Shown in pieces: positions 17,296-27,374 of a DNA stretch of 64,000 bases. How positions within the stretch are numbered: position 1 is the stretch's first letter; the number at the start of each line of letters is the position of its first letter. A program made the translations under genes and the position numbers. The stretch lies in the IMG/VR virus record IMGVR_UViG_3300025120_010521; one strand, 5' to 3'. Below the pieces are notes generated by a model, which saw only the letters and a list, made by a program, of their open reading frames with translations, was not told the DNA's origin and ran no database searches. Origin of the DNA: a virus. Taxonomy: Duplodnaviria > Caudoviricetes.

Positions 17296-17369
17296 TGGTA
17301 GCAGTGATGAGAATTGAACTCATAACTCTAGCTACTGAGACTAACGTGTTACCACTACACTACACTGCA
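17296..17369 (-). tRNA. Atypical tRNA: anticodon loop CU-CAG-UA, short variable loop, U1-U72 mismatch
   Basis: Cloverleaf TGCAGTG-TA-GTGT-AGTGGTA-ACAC-G-TTAGT-CTCAGTA-GCTAG-AGTT-ATGAG-TTCAATT-CTCAT-CACTGCT-A-CCA. Confidence 0.75.
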
Positions 17370-17410
17370 TACTATTATTTATAGGTTTCTATGTGTAGTT
17401 ATACAGCAAC

Positions 17411-17578
17411 TTATTTTTTAAATGGGTTTAATTTTTTTATTGATGAACTAACTTTTGAACCCATGTTTTTAGTTCCGTCTTTAGCTTTATTCATTGATGC
17501 TTTAGCAGAACTGCCCATAGCTTTAGCCTTGTCTTGAGCTGTCTTAATTGAACCTTTGATCTTATCAAACATTTTCAT
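17411..17578 (-). CDS. Small Lys/Ala/Ser-rich protein, 55 aa
   Basis: Manual: MKMFDKIKGSIKTAQDKAKAMGSSAKASMNKAKDGTKNMGSKVSSSIKKLNPFKK*; AAAGGAG RBS. Confidence 0.7.
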   Translation of the reverse strand: MKMFDKIKGSIKTAQDKAKAMGSSAKASMNKAKDGTKNMGSKVSSSIKKLNPFKK

Positions 17579-17613
17579 AATTTACTCCTTTGTAAACGAA
17601 CAGTATTTATCAT

Positions 17614-17644
17614 AAAAAAAGCGGGGACTGTTTCCAATCCCCGC
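17614..17644 (-). terminator. Intrinsic terminator after the large structural gene
   Basis: GCGGGGA/TCCCCGC stem plus T7 on the minus strand. Confidence 0.85.
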
Positions 17645-17699
17645 CCAAAGTATTATTAATAGTGTTTGTCTAACTAATAAGTTAGCCTAAACTAACCTA

Positions 17700-20600
17700 T
17701 TATGTTAATGCTTTATATTCAACTGTAACTACTGCAGAACCACCTGTTGGTGTTGACGCTGAAGCATTAGATTTTAAAAATGCTAATGTAATTGTTGCGC
17801 CACCAGCCGTTGCTGTTGCAAACGGAAGGTCAACTACGTATGAACCAGCAGTTGAAACGTCCGCGTCTGCGTCAGCCACAAGTGCTAATGAACCATCACT
17901 AACTGTGATGTGATCCACTGAATCACCTGAGAAGCCTGTTGCTACGTGAACAGTTACTTTTGATACATAGTAAGTTGTTGAACCTGCGTTTGGCATAGTT
18001 CCAATTGTTACTGAAGAAGCGCCAGTACCTACTGCTGTTCTAATAGTTAGATCATCAACAGTTTGTACAACGTTGTCTTCAACCCATTTCTTAGTAACAA
18101 GATCGTCATCGCCAGATACGTTTGCTTCGTAACCATCATAAGTTGTGATTACACCAGTACCTTTTGGAGATAGTGTTAATGAAATGTTTGTGTCGCCACC
18201 AGTTGATGCAATTGAAGGAGCACCTGAAGCCGCCGCGTTAGTGATTGAAATTTCGTTGATAGCCGAAGCTGTTCTTTCGAAAATAGCAATCTCATTGTTA
18301 GAAGAGTCAAGTACTTTTACTTTACCTTCTGAAGCACCGCCAGTACCACCTTTAATTAAAACGTCACCTGATGCGTGAGCACCTGTACCGTTACCACCTT
18401 TGATAACTGCATCACCAGCCGCCGCGCCTGAAGCCGCACCACCTGATACTGTTAAGTCTAAGTTATCATCAGCCATTACAAGTGAGTTACCACCTGAAGA
18501 TTCAGAAATTACAACAACACCGTCGCCTTGTCCTTTAAGAACTAGGTCGATGTTTGCCGCACCGTCATCTGGATCTGTAGCTTGTAATGTTACTTTGTCT
18601 GCCGCATTAGTCATTACCAATTTGATGTTATCAGTTAATGTACCTGAAACTTCAATTGCTGATGTACCAGCCGCATCTCTTAATGCAGTAACATAGTCGT
18701 ATTGGTTAACTGAACCAGTTGATCTTAAGTATTTGTTTACTGTACCAACTGCTGTTAAACCTGTACCACCGTTTGCTACTGGAGTTGCTCCTGTGATGTC
18801 TGCTGTCATATCAACTTTTGCGTATGCTAGAGAACCACCTGAACTTACTTTAAGAACAGTTGAGTTTGCACCTTTGCCTAACTCTGAAACTGTACCGTCA
18901 CCGTCTGTAGTGATGATAGAGCTTTGTGAGAAAGAAGAGATGTTTGTACCTAAACCACCGTTTGCCGCCGCAACAGTACCAGATAAATCTGATGCCGCTA
19001 ATCCAGAAGCTGAGAAGTTAGTTCCGTCTGATCTTAAGTATTGACCCGCTGAACCTACGCCGATTTCGCCGCCGTCTGCTTCAACAAGTGAGTTTGTACC
19101 GTGACCTGAGATTGAAGTACCAAAGCCACCGTATGTTCTTCCTATTACAGAACCGTTCCATGTACCAGCGGCAATTGTACCAAAACGCATAGTTGCGTCT
19201 GCTACTGAAGCCTGGTTAGCTGAACCAGTTTTGAATGTGAAAGAGTCATTTGAATCATCAAAGTTAACAAATGCAAATTGGTCTGTGTCAGCAGTATTTG
19301 ATCTTTTGATCTCGATACCACCAGCTAAACCAGTTTCTTGTGATGTAGCACCACTGTTTACTTGCATGTATTTGTCTTCTGATGTAACTGTTCCAACGTC
19401 TAAAGTAATAGAGTTACCTGAAACAGTTAAGTCACCTGTTACTGCTAGGTCACCAGTGATAGCCATTGAACCATCAATAGTTGCTGTTGAACCTAATGTA
19501 CCAGTTGAGAAAGTAGTAACACCAGTGATTGAACCACCTGTTACTGCTACGTTATTAGCCGCCTGTGTTGCAATTGTGCCTAAACCTAAAGAAGTTCTTG
19601 CTGTTGCACCTGATTCTAATACGAAGTTTGAACCGTCACCAATAATGATGTTACCATCAGTTGGAGTTAAACCTGCGATATCAGCCAATTGTGCGTCAAA
19701 TGCCTGAACATTTGTACCAATAGCCAAACCTAGGTTTGTTCTAGTTGCATCAGAGTTAGCAAGTGTAATTGCACCTGTGTCTGCCAATGTAGCGTCACCT
19801 GACATAGCTGAATCAATCCAAACAGAGTTGCCTGTGTCATATAATAACATAGAACCGTCTGCTGGTGATGTAATGTTTACGTCAGATAATTCACCGATTT
19901 CGTTTGATGAAGCAATTGAGGCATCAACATACGCCTTAGTAGCCGCATCTTGAGCGTTCGATGGATCTGCAACGCCTGTAATAGCCGCTGAACCCATTGC
20001 CGCACCTGTGAAAGTTGGTGTGTCACCAGTGCCTAAGCCTAGTGATGTTCTTGCTGTGTTGCCGTCTTCTGCTACGAAACCTGAAGCTGAACCTACGATG
20101 AATTTACCGTCTGTGTCTGCCAAGCCTGCAATAGAAGCCAACTGTGCATCAAATGCCTGTACGTGAGTACCAATAGTTAAACCTAATGATGCTCTTGCTG
20201 TTGCGCCTGACTCTAATACAAAGTTTGAACCATCACCAATGATGATGTTTCCGTCTGTTGGAGTTAAGCCAGCAATGTCAGCCAATTGTGCGTCAAACGC
20301 CTGTACGTCAGAACCGATTGCTAAACCTAAGTTAGTTCTAGCATCAGCGGCTGATGAAGCGCCTGTACCACCGTGTGCTACGCCAATATCAGTTGCATTC
20401 CAAGTACCAGTTGAAATAGTACCTAAAGTTGTAAGTGATGTTTGACCTGCATACGTTGATTTAATTCTAAGTGCGTCTGAGTTGATTTCAAGTGATGAAT
20501 CATCTACATTGGCGCTCAGTGTGTTACCAGTTTTGTCTAAACCGTTACCAGCTACAATTTGACCTGTACCTGAGAACTGAGTAAACGCAATTGATGTTGA

Positions 20601-21107
20601 ACCAACTGTGATATCATCATCTGTTGAGATAACGAAACCAGAGTCAGCGTTAGTTGAACCTTCTTCTACGAAGAAGAAAGCACCAGCAGTTACTTCTGAG
20701 TTCTCATCGAAATCAGTTGCTCTTGCCGGAGATGCACCTGCTGTGTAGATACCGTTTTCAGAACCAGTAGTTTGGTTCTTAACTAGTACTCTATCACCGT
20801 CTGCAAGTGTTACGCCGTCGATTGCGTCACCTACATTTAAGCCAGTTGCGATAGTTATGTTGCCAGTTGTAGCCGCACGTACAGAGTCTTTTACATCAAG
20901 GCCTGATTTAGTAGCATCAACATAAGATTTTGTTGCTACGTCAGTTGCGTTTGATGGAGAAGCCGCTCTGATTTGTGTTAATGTACTGCCGTCAGTTGTA
21001 AATTTGAAAAATGCTGATGATGAATCGTATACCAATCTACCACCTGATTTACCAAATTGTACGTCTGAGCCAATACCAGCTAAACCGAAGTTTTTAATGT
21101 TAGCCAT
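17700..21107 (-). CDS. Large Gly/Ala/Ser/Thr-rich virion structural or tail-fibre protein
   Basis: 1135 aa; DAATKAYVD and KDSVRAATT...DGDRVLVKNQT motifs typical of myovirus fibre proteins; internal repeats. Confidence 0.8.
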   Translation of the reverse strand: MANIKNFGLAGIGSDVQFGKSGGRLVYDSSSAFFKFTTDGSTLTQIRAASPSNATDVATKSYVDATKSGLDVKDSVRAATTGNITIATGLNVGDAIDGVTLADGDRVLVKNQTTGSENGIYTAGASPARATDFDENSEVTAGAFFFVEEGSTNADSGFVISTDDDITVGSTSIAFTQFSGTGQIVAGNGLDKTGNTLSANVDDSSLEINSDALRIKSTYAGQTSLTTLGTISTGTWNATDIGVAHGGTGASSAADARTNLGLAIGSDVQAFDAQLADIAGLTPTDGNIIIGDGSNFVLESGATARASLGLTIGTHVQAFDAQLASIAGLADTDGKFIVGSASGFVAEDGNTARTSLGLGTGDTPTFTGAAMGSAAITGVADPSNAQDAATKAYVDASIASSNEIGELSDVNITSPADGSMLLYDTGNSVWIDSAMSGDATLADTGAITLANSDATRTNLGLAIGTNVQAFDAQLADIAGLTPTDGNIIIGDGSNFVLESGATARTSLGLGTIATQAANNVAVTGGSITGVTTFSTGTLGSTATIDGSMAITGDLAVTGDLTVSGNSITLDVGTVTSEDKYMQVNSGATSQETGLAGGIEIKRSNTADTDQFAFVNFDDSNDSFTFKTGSANQASVADATMRFGTIAAGTWNGSVIGRTYGGFGTSISGHGTNSLVEADGGEIGVGSAGQYLRSDGTNFSASGLAASDLSGTVAAANGGLGTNISSFSQSSIITTDGDGTVSELGKGANSTVLKVSSGGSLAYAKVDMTADITGATPVANGGTGLTAVGTVNKYLRSTGSVNQYDYVTALRDAAGTSAIEVSGTLTDNIKLVMTNAADKVTLQATDPDDGAANIDLVLKGQGDGVVVISESSGGNSLVMADDNLDLTVSGGAASGAAAGDAVIKGGNGTGAHASGDVLIKGGTGGASEGKVKVLDSSNNEIAIFERTASAINEISITNAAASGAPSIASTGGDTNISLTLSPKGTGVITTYDGYEANVSGDDDLVTKKWVEDNVVQTVDDLTIRTAVGTGASSVTIGTMPNAGSTTYYVSKVTVHVATGFSGDSVDHITVSDGSLALVADADADVSTAGSYVVDLPFATATAGGATITLAFLKSNASASTPTGGSAVVTVEYKALT
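19590..20345 (-). repeat. Three copies of an intragenic repeat of about 45-50 aa
   Basis: LGLAIGxxVQAFDAQLAxIAGL...GDGSNFVLESGATARxSLGL, three times. Confidence 0.85.
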
Positions 21108-21291
21108 TATAAATTCTCCCTTTAATAAGCTATATTATATTTTAACGTATTTGGGAGGGTCTGCCTCATTGTTATATAATCCACTTTCGTTCGGAGTGGT
21201 TAGTTATATTTATTATATAGAACAACAATTAAAATGCGTATATTAAATACTATTATAACATAATAGAAATTCTAATTGGTGTTCAAGCCAT

Positions 21292-21323
21292 AAAAAAAGG
21301 GCCATGTTGCCACAGCCCTTTTT
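21292..21323. terminator. Bidirectional intrinsic terminator
   Basis: AAAAAGGGC...GCCCTTTTT. Confidence 0.8.
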
Positions 21324-21344
21324 AAACTTCGTTATTTAAAAGTC

Positions 21345-21620
21345 TTAAGCTATTGTTCCGTAGTCGTAATTACCACCACTTGAAACAACTGCGTCAGCTA
21401 CTGATCCGTAATCCATAAAGTTATGAAGAAAGCCCATACCTGCCTCACCTGCACCTAAGTTGTGCTGTGGGAAAAGTGAATCTGCTTCAGTTACTAAACC
21501 GTAATTATTTAAATCAGTGTGCATAGGATCAAAAACTCTTCTAACGTTTGAATTAACGTCTAAGTTTCTTACCTTTACATTCGCTAATGTTTTAAGGTTA
21601 AAATATCTCATGTTTGCCAT
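21345..21620 (-). CDS. Small probable virion protein with (D/N)YG repeats
   Basis: NYGLV, DYGSV, DYGTI; AGAGGAG RBS; in the fibre operon. Confidence 0.7.
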   Translation of the reverse strand: MANMRYFNLKTLANVKVRNLDVNSNVRRVFDPMHTDLNNYGLVTEADSLFPQHNLGAGEAGMGFLHNFMDYGSVADAVVSSGGNYDYGTIA

Positions 21621-21637
21621 AATTTATATCTCCTCTA

Positions 21638-22570
21638 CTACATTAAGTTCACTAATACTTCAATAACACCTGTTTCGCCGTCAAAATCTTCCATTGCTTT
21701 ACCAATCATATGACCTGCTTTACCTTCGCCCGCCATAGCGTGTCCCGCCATTGCTGATGAAGTTAGTAAGTCACCTTTTTTGATCGAACCTGTTACTTTA
21801 CATGGCACTCTACCTGTAAGTGCTACGTATGGATGAGTTGCGTCATCGCCTGCTTCTGAGTTCATCATGTAACCTGGTGCTGAAGAAATAACGCCTGCTA
21901 CTCTGTGATCGTATTCTGTTGCTGACATTGAAACTTCTTTGTCACCACCAAATACCATTACTGTACCTGCGTCGTATTGTGCATCTGCTTCGTATCTCTC
22001 AGCCAAATCCGCATATCTTGCCGTTGTTGCTGTTAATGTTGCAACGTCGGCTCTGATGTTTGCGTATGAGGCAATAGTTACGTTACCTGATGTTGTACCG
22101 TCTTCTGTTGTGTTTACAAAAGAAAACTGATCTTCTGATTCGTCCCAAATCATACCAACATTAGTCAAGTCACCTCTTTCGATGATGTGACCAACGTCTT
22201 TTGCGTTGTTACCTGTTGTACCGTTGTTTAATACGATCAACGAATCGTTTACTACTGTGTTAGTAGATGATATTGTAGTAGTTGTACCTGATACTGTTAA
22301 GTTTCCTGAAATGAATACATTTCTTAAACCTGCAGATCCAGAACCTAAGTCTACTGTGTTATCAGTTGCCACTAATAAGTGTGCATTGATAGCCGTTGTA
22401 CCTAAGTTATCAAGTTCTATTGTAGATAGCTCGTGACCACCTGCTGTAGAACCATCATGTACGTGGATCGTATTTCTTGTAGTGTTAACAGTTAATTCTC
22501 CTGCTAAACCTGTAAACGAACCATGCTCTGCCGCAGTACCTCTACGTCTTTGAATTGCATAACTTGCCAT
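21638..22570 (-). CDS. Tail-fibre protein with Mtd/hyaluronidase-like N-terminal head-binding motif and C-terminal chaperone-like domain
   Basis: IQRRRGT...GELTVNT...VHDGSTAGG; YADLAERYEAD...GTV...VALTGRVPCKVTGSIKKGDLL. Confidence 0.8.
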   Translation of the reverse strand: MASYAIQRRRGTAAEHGSFTGLAGELTVNTTRNTIHVHDGSTAGGHELSTIELDNLGTTAINAHLLVATDNTVDLGSGSAGLRNVFISGNLTVSGTTTTISSTNTVVNDSLIVLNNGTTGNNAKDVGHIIERGDLTNVGMIWDESEDQFSFVNTTEDGTTSGNVTIASYANIRADVATLTATTARYADLAERYEADAQYDAGTVMVFGGDKEVSMSATEYDHRVAGVISSAPGYMMNSEAGDDATHPYVALTGRVPCKVTGSIKKGDLLTSSAMAGHAMAGEGKAGHMIGKAMEDFDGETGVIEVLVNLM

Positions 22571-22739
22571 TGTTAATTGCTCCTATATCGATATATTAGC
22601 AACCTATAAAGATTGCTTCGTTGTTGTTTAGAAGAGGCTCGCGTTCTTCCTCTTCATGATTATTTACTTGCTTTCTTGGTCATATTAAATTATAATATAA
22701 CTAGTTTTAATGGTATAAATATATAAAATAAGGTAAAAA

Positions 22740-24119
22740 ATGCTAGGTTCTGATGAAAATATAAAAATAAGATTAGTTTGGGACAACTGGAGTGACAATG
22801 GAACTCCAATGCCTAATGGTCTACATCCAAAATATATCAAAGAATGGGACACAAAATGGAAGCATCGTTATGATATCAACGTACTTACTAGATTTATACC
22901 ACTAGAAAGATACAACAAGGGATTTTTTCCATTACTCTCTGCTCAAGCAGGAGTGCATGTTCATAACATACCACCAGAAGATATTGCTGAAGAAGTAGGA
23001 ACGTTAGATTGGTATGTAATGGAACCAAACCATATGGACATATCATTACTAACAGAAAATATGTTTGGTAATATCAACGAATACACACTTGATATGATTA
23101 GACGTGGTGCTGTAAAACTTGTATTATATTATGCCTACGAAGCTTTCCCAGTAAATCAAGTTAATTGGATTAATATTATTGAAAGAAGTTTAGGATGGTT
23201 AAAGATACCAAAAGAAAATTTCATATTAATATTTGGAGATCAAAAATTTGATCAGAATTATGGCAAATACATAAACTCTGGACAAGGTCCTTTTTATGAG
23301 TATTACTTACAGAATGTTTTTACATTTGATCATTTTGCTTGGGAGTTTTCAGATTATATTAAAAGTCAAGTTATAGGTAAACCAGACGAAGCAAAAGAAT
23401 TAGTACCAGCTACTGAAGAAACTAGAGATAGAATAAGACCTAAGAAGTTTTTATGTTTGAACGGCGGAGGAAGACCTCATCGTAAATTTTTAATGACAGA
23501 GTTTGCTCGTAATGATTTGTTTAAAGACAGTATAGTAAGTTACCTTAATAAGTTTGATATTCCGTATGAGCCAGATCAATTTTGCTTCCAGCCTGTTGTA
23601 AAAGGACAAGGTGATCAACGTTTAATGGATATGATTGACTTCCACAGAAATTACAAAATTAAAGAAATGAATTTAGATGTTGATGCTACACAAGATGCTT
23701 GGCATAACAGAGGCATGACAGCTCAGCACTATCTCGATACTTACTTTAATGTTACTACTGAAACTTGGCCTGCAGAGCCAAGCTTCTTTGTTACAGAAAA
23801 GATTTATAAACCAATAATGAACTTACAACCTTTTATATTATTAGGTCATCCGGGATTACTTGCATACCTAAAAGAAAATGGATATGAAACATTTCCAGAA
23901 ATATTTGATGAACACTATGATGAGATACAAGACCATCCTCAACGTTTTTACAACGTTATGCAAAACATTATTAGAGTTTCTGCAATGCCACAAGAAGAAT
24001 TACACGGCTTGTATAAACGTGTATGGCCAAAGTTATTACACAATAGACAGAAGTTATTAGATCATAGTCATGCCGAGTACTGGAAAGAACTTATTAAGAC
24101 TATGAAAGAAATTAAATGA
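22740..24119 (+). CDS. Putative glycosyltransferase-like protein (GT-B/GT10-like C-terminus)
   Basis: FLCLNG..RPHR; FNVTTET...FVTEKIYKPI...PFILLG..G.LAYLKENGYETF motif; TATAAATA at 22713-22720. Confidence 0.45.
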   Translation: MLGSDENIKIRLVWDNWSDNGTPMPNGLHPKYIKEWDTKWKHRYDINVLTRFIPLERYNKGFFPLLSAQAGVHVHNIPPEDIAEEVGTLDWYVMEPNHMDISLLTENMFGNINEYTLDMIRRGAVKLVLYYAYEAFPVNQVNWINIIERSLGWLKIPKENFILIFGDQKFDQNYGKYINSGQGPFYEYYLQNVFTFDHFAWEFSDYIKSQVIGKPDEAKELVPATEETRDRIRPKKFLCLNGGGRPHRKFLMTEFARNDLFKDSIVSYLNKFDIPYEPDQFCFQPVVKGQGDQRLMDMIDFHRNYKIKEMNLDVDATQDAWHNRGMTAQHYLDTYFNVTTETWPAEPSFFVTEKIYKPIMNLQPFILLGHPGLLAYLKENGYETFPEIFDEHYDEIQDHPQRFYNVMQNIIRVSAMPQEELHGLYKRVWPKLLHNRQKLLDHSHAEYWKELIKTMKEIK

Positions 24120-24667
24120 AAATATTAATGACTGGAAATGCTAACTACGGGTTAGCAGAAAAGTTCTCAATAGTTTGTCCAAACACTGACTTTGCAAGTA
24201 GAACAAACAATTATGACTTATGTAATAAAGATAGTCGCATTAGACTTGCATACGACAGCTTAGGATATGATGTTTTTATTAATGGTAGTGCATTATATCA
24301 ATTTAATCAGTCATTAGTTTTAGAAACAGTTTGGAAAACGTGGAAAGAAAATAACAAGCAAGGACACATTATCAATATTGGATCAACAGTTGATCGTTCA
24401 ACTAAAGGTGCTGAGTGGATTTATCCTCAAGAAAAGAAAGCATTAAAAAGTATGAGTCATCAGTATGCTATGTTAGGCATATGGGGCGGCAGTGGTATTA
24501 GAGTTAGTTATATTTCATTTGGTTCACTTGAAACTAAAAAAGTACATGAAAAACATCCTGATAGAAAATTAATGAATGTTACTCAAGCGGCAGAATATAT
24601 TAAATGGATTATTGATGCTCCTATAAACATTAATATTAATGAGTTACATATGGATCCAATACAATGA
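24116..24667 (+). CDS. Short-chain dehydrogenase/reductase (atypical, short)
   Basis: ILMTGNANYGLA; DVFINGS; IINIGS; YxxxK (YPQEK). Confidence 0.75.
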   Translation: MKILMTGNANYGLAEKFSIVCPNTDFASRTNNYDLCNKDSRIRLAYDSLGYDVFINGSALYQFNQSLVLETVWKTWKENNKQGHIINIGSTVDRSTKGAEWIYPQEKKALKSMSHQYAMLGIWGGSGIRVSYISFGSLETKKVHEKHPDRKLMNVTQAAEYIKWIIDAPINININELHMDPIQ

Positions 24668-26601
24668 CCAATATATTTGATAGTAGTGCAAAGTGGTTGC
24701 AAGAAAACAAGATTGGCATAGGTATATTTGATATTAGTGATAATATTAAAGATGAGACATTAAAAAATTCTAGCGACAACTGTTTAGACTTTTGGATAAA
24801 CGGGTTTAATAATACACTCCATACACCCTTAATAGAAAGAAACAAAGATGCAAACAAATTATTATCATGGGCAGTAAACAATGACTTAAACTTTATTGTT
24901 GTAGGTGCATTAGGTATTACATTCCAAGACAATGATAAACATTTCTTTTTAGAGTTGCAAAAGTATTTTGAAAGTATTGATACTAGTAAAATAGCAATAC
25001 TAGGACATATATTAGATAAAAAAGATATGTTCTATCAGTTACATCATCAAACTTTTATTGTAAATATAAAATGGTGGAAAGAACAAGGCTGTCCAGACAT
25101 AGGAAATAAAACTGCTGAACAAAAAGAATTGCCTAAAGTAATTAGAAGTATAGAAAATCATCATGATGATTACACTCCCCTTTGGATTAAAAAAGATAAT
25201 GGTACTGAACAACATAAAAATTTAAAATTTGGTTGGAATATTATATCAAAAGCATTAGACTCAGAATACACTATAAACAGTTTTAATAAAAATCTTAGAA
25301 TATCAAAAAGATATTTCTATCCAGATGTTATATCAGATAAACAATCACATTTTAAACTTAATACAAAATGGGGAGACACCTTAGGATATTCATACGAATG
25401 GTTAAAATCTAACGGAATAGCTTTTGGAGTTCATGACTGTAGTGATGACGTTAAAGATGATATACTTTTACAATTTTCTAAAAATATTATGGAGCATTGG
25501 ATAGTAGAGATATGCAATGATTACTCTCCTAGCCTTGATGAAGAAATTGTTGCTATAAGAAAAAAAATTCGAGACTTATTTGATTGGGCAATAGAAAATA
25601 AATTTAAATATTTACTTGTTGCACCAATTGGGAATACATTTAAATATAAAGGACAAGAGTTCTTTACAGAATTAAAAAACTTCTTTGATAATAGTATTTC
25701 TTTTGTTGGGCAACATGATGATGTATTTTTAATTAACTTAGAATGGTGGAATGAACAAGGTAAGCCAAACATTGAGAATTTATCAAAAGAATGGCCACAT
25801 AAATTAAAAAACAATATATCAAGAGAGAATCTATTTAACAATGATGACATAACATCATCTATACATAGAATGACACAGACAAATATTCATTTTATTGCTA
25901 ACACTGAAGACCCTAAGCCAATTTCAAAACATGCAGGAGACTTTGATTCAATAGTTTGTACGGCCGGTGGGTTGACTCCAATTACTCGTGCATGGAGATC
26001 AAATTTAAAACCAGGAGGTCAAATACTTGTAGTTGATACTAGCCACCTTGCATTAAAATACTCTAAGGATCTATTTGATGATGTAGTATCTGACAAAGTT
26101 GATATTACAAATATAACCAAATATCTTAAGCAGTCAATGTTAGATTATGCACCTGATGATGAACGTTGGCAAGTAGCAGATGTAGATATATTTCAATCAC
26201 AAGACAATATAGATAAAATGCAAGAGCTTATAAACTCATTTGCGGGAGATGGTTTATTAAATTATGTTAAGAATATTTTACCTCAGTTAGAAATTAATTG
26301 GTTGCATGAAGATTTTTTTGATGTAGAAAGAATATCAAGAAGATTATTAAACAGAACTAAATCAAAAGATAGAGTTTTACTATTTTTTTCAAATGTGTAC
26401 AGTTACTATAACACAGCATGGGTTTATAATTTTAGATTAAGAGAACATTTATATAGAAAGCTACTTTTAAATTTACAAACAGGCGCACCTAATAAATTTT
26501 GGATTCAAAAAGGTAAAACAGTTACATCATTAGAAGAGTCAATTAACTTTTCTAAAAAATATGAAAATAGATTAAATAAATTTGTAAACTGGTACAAATA
26601 A
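24664..26601 (+). CDS. Multidomain protein with an internal duplicated domain and a possible degenerate methyltransferase-like C-terminus
   Basis: Repeat pairs FIVNIKWWKEQGCPDI / FLINLEWWNEQGKPNI and FFLELQKYF / FFTELKNFF; C-terminal ILVVDTS..AL, WLHEDFFD. Confidence 0.55.
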   Translation: MTNIFDSSAKWLQENKIGIGIFDISDNIKDETLKNSSDNCLDFWINGFNNTLHTPLIERNKDANKLLSWAVNNDLNFIVVGALGITFQDNDKHFFLELQKYFESIDTSKIAILGHILDKKDMFYQLHHQTFIVNIKWWKEQGCPDIGNKTAEQKELPKVIRSIENHHDDYTPLWIKKDNGTEQHKNLKFGWNIISKALDSEYTINSFNKNLRISKRYFYPDVISDKQSHFKLNTKWGDTLGYSYEWLKSNGIAFGVHDCSDDVKDDILLQFSKNIMEHWIVEICNDYSPSLDEEIVAIRKKIRDLFDWAIENKFKYLLVAPIGNTFKYKGQEFFTELKNFFDNSISFVGQHDDVFLINLEWWNEQGKPNIENLSKEWPHKLKNNISRENLFNNDDITSSIHRMTQTNIHFIANTEDPKPISKHAGDFDSIVCTAGGLTPITRAWRSNLKPGGQILVVDTSHLALKYSKDLFDDVVSDKVDITNITKYLKQSMLDYAPDDERWQVADVDIFQSQDNIDKMQELINSFAGDGLLNYVKNILPQLEINWLHEDFFDVERISRRLLNRTKSKDRVLLFFSNVYSYYNTAWVYNFRLREHLYRKLLLNLQTGAPNKFWIQKGKTVTSLEESINFSKKYENRLNKFVNWYK

Positions 26602-26609
26602 ATATTAGC

Positions 26610-27374
26610 ATGAACATTGAAGATTTTATAAAAGATTGCAAACAGCATTCTCATTATCAACACATCAAAACTAAACCAGACGAGTTTAATAACTGGCAAG
26701 GTGATGAAAAACTAACATGGAAGTATGCTAAATGGATCGAGCAAAATAGTAATGCTCCGACCCTTAAAATGAATATAGCTGTTCCGCATTTAGAAGAAAT
26801 GGCTAAAGAAGCCAATGAAGTTATTGTTGACTCTGTTAAACATAGAGGCAACACACACCCGGGATGGGAAAGTATTACACTTCATGGACAAAGTTCTACG
26901 CATACACAACCAAAAGAATATTATATCGAGCAAGGAGAGTTTACTTTAGAAAATTGTCCTCCGTATGATTGGACTTCAATAGCAGATAAATGTCCTGCAA
27001 CTGTCGATTGGTTAAAAACAAATTGGCACTATCATAGATTTCATAGAGTAAGATTTATGTTACTAAAGCCAGACGGATATATTAAACCACATCAAGATTA
27101 CAATACAAGAAGACTTGCCGCATATAATTTTGCTGTTACAAATCCTCCAGGAGTAGATTTTGCAATGGAAGAAGCAGGATTAGTGCCGTGGCAACCAGGC
27201 GACGTTAGAGCTATTGATATTGGTAGACTACATGCTGTAAAAAATAATAGCTCACAAGATAGAATACATATGATTGTACATGGAAATCCAAATCATCATC
27301 ACAATGAATTACTTTGTGAAAGTTTTGATATGTTAATGAAAGAATTAAATGCAGATAACACAATGGAATTGTAG
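26610..27374 (+). CDS. 2OG-Fe(II) dioxygenase, Asp/Asn beta-hydroxylase-like
   Basis: VRFMLLKPDGYIKPHQD...IDIGRLHAVKN...DRIHMI (HxD...H...R). Confidence 0.85.
   Translation: MNIEDFIKDCKQHSHYQHIKTKPDEFNNWQGDEKLTWKYAKWIEQNSNAPTLKMNIAVPHLEEMAKEANEVIVDSVKHRGNTHPGWESITLHGQSSTHTQPKEYYIEQGEFTLENCPPYDWTSIADKCPATVDWLKTNWHYHRFHRVRFMLLKPDGYIKPHQDYNTRRLAAYNFAVTNPPGVDFAMEEAGLVPWQPGDVRAIDIGRLHAVKNNSSQDRIHMIVHGNPNHHHNELLCESFDMLMKELNADNTMEL

Noticed and set aside
17296-17369. Selenocysteine or opal-suppressor tRNA (TCA appears in the loop region)
   Set aside because: Stem register places CAG, not TCA, at 34-36; there is no long variable arm; genes read through normally in code 11
18145-21246. Several + strand ORFs inside the structural gene, and similar nested opposite-strand ORFs across the window
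   Set aside because: They are antisense shadows of long genes with biased codon usage; no RBS or motifs
17700-22570. Diversity-generating retroelement acting on the tail fibres
   Set aside because: No reverse transcriptase and no TR/VR pair differing at adenines in the window; the repeats are ordinary intragenic domain repeats
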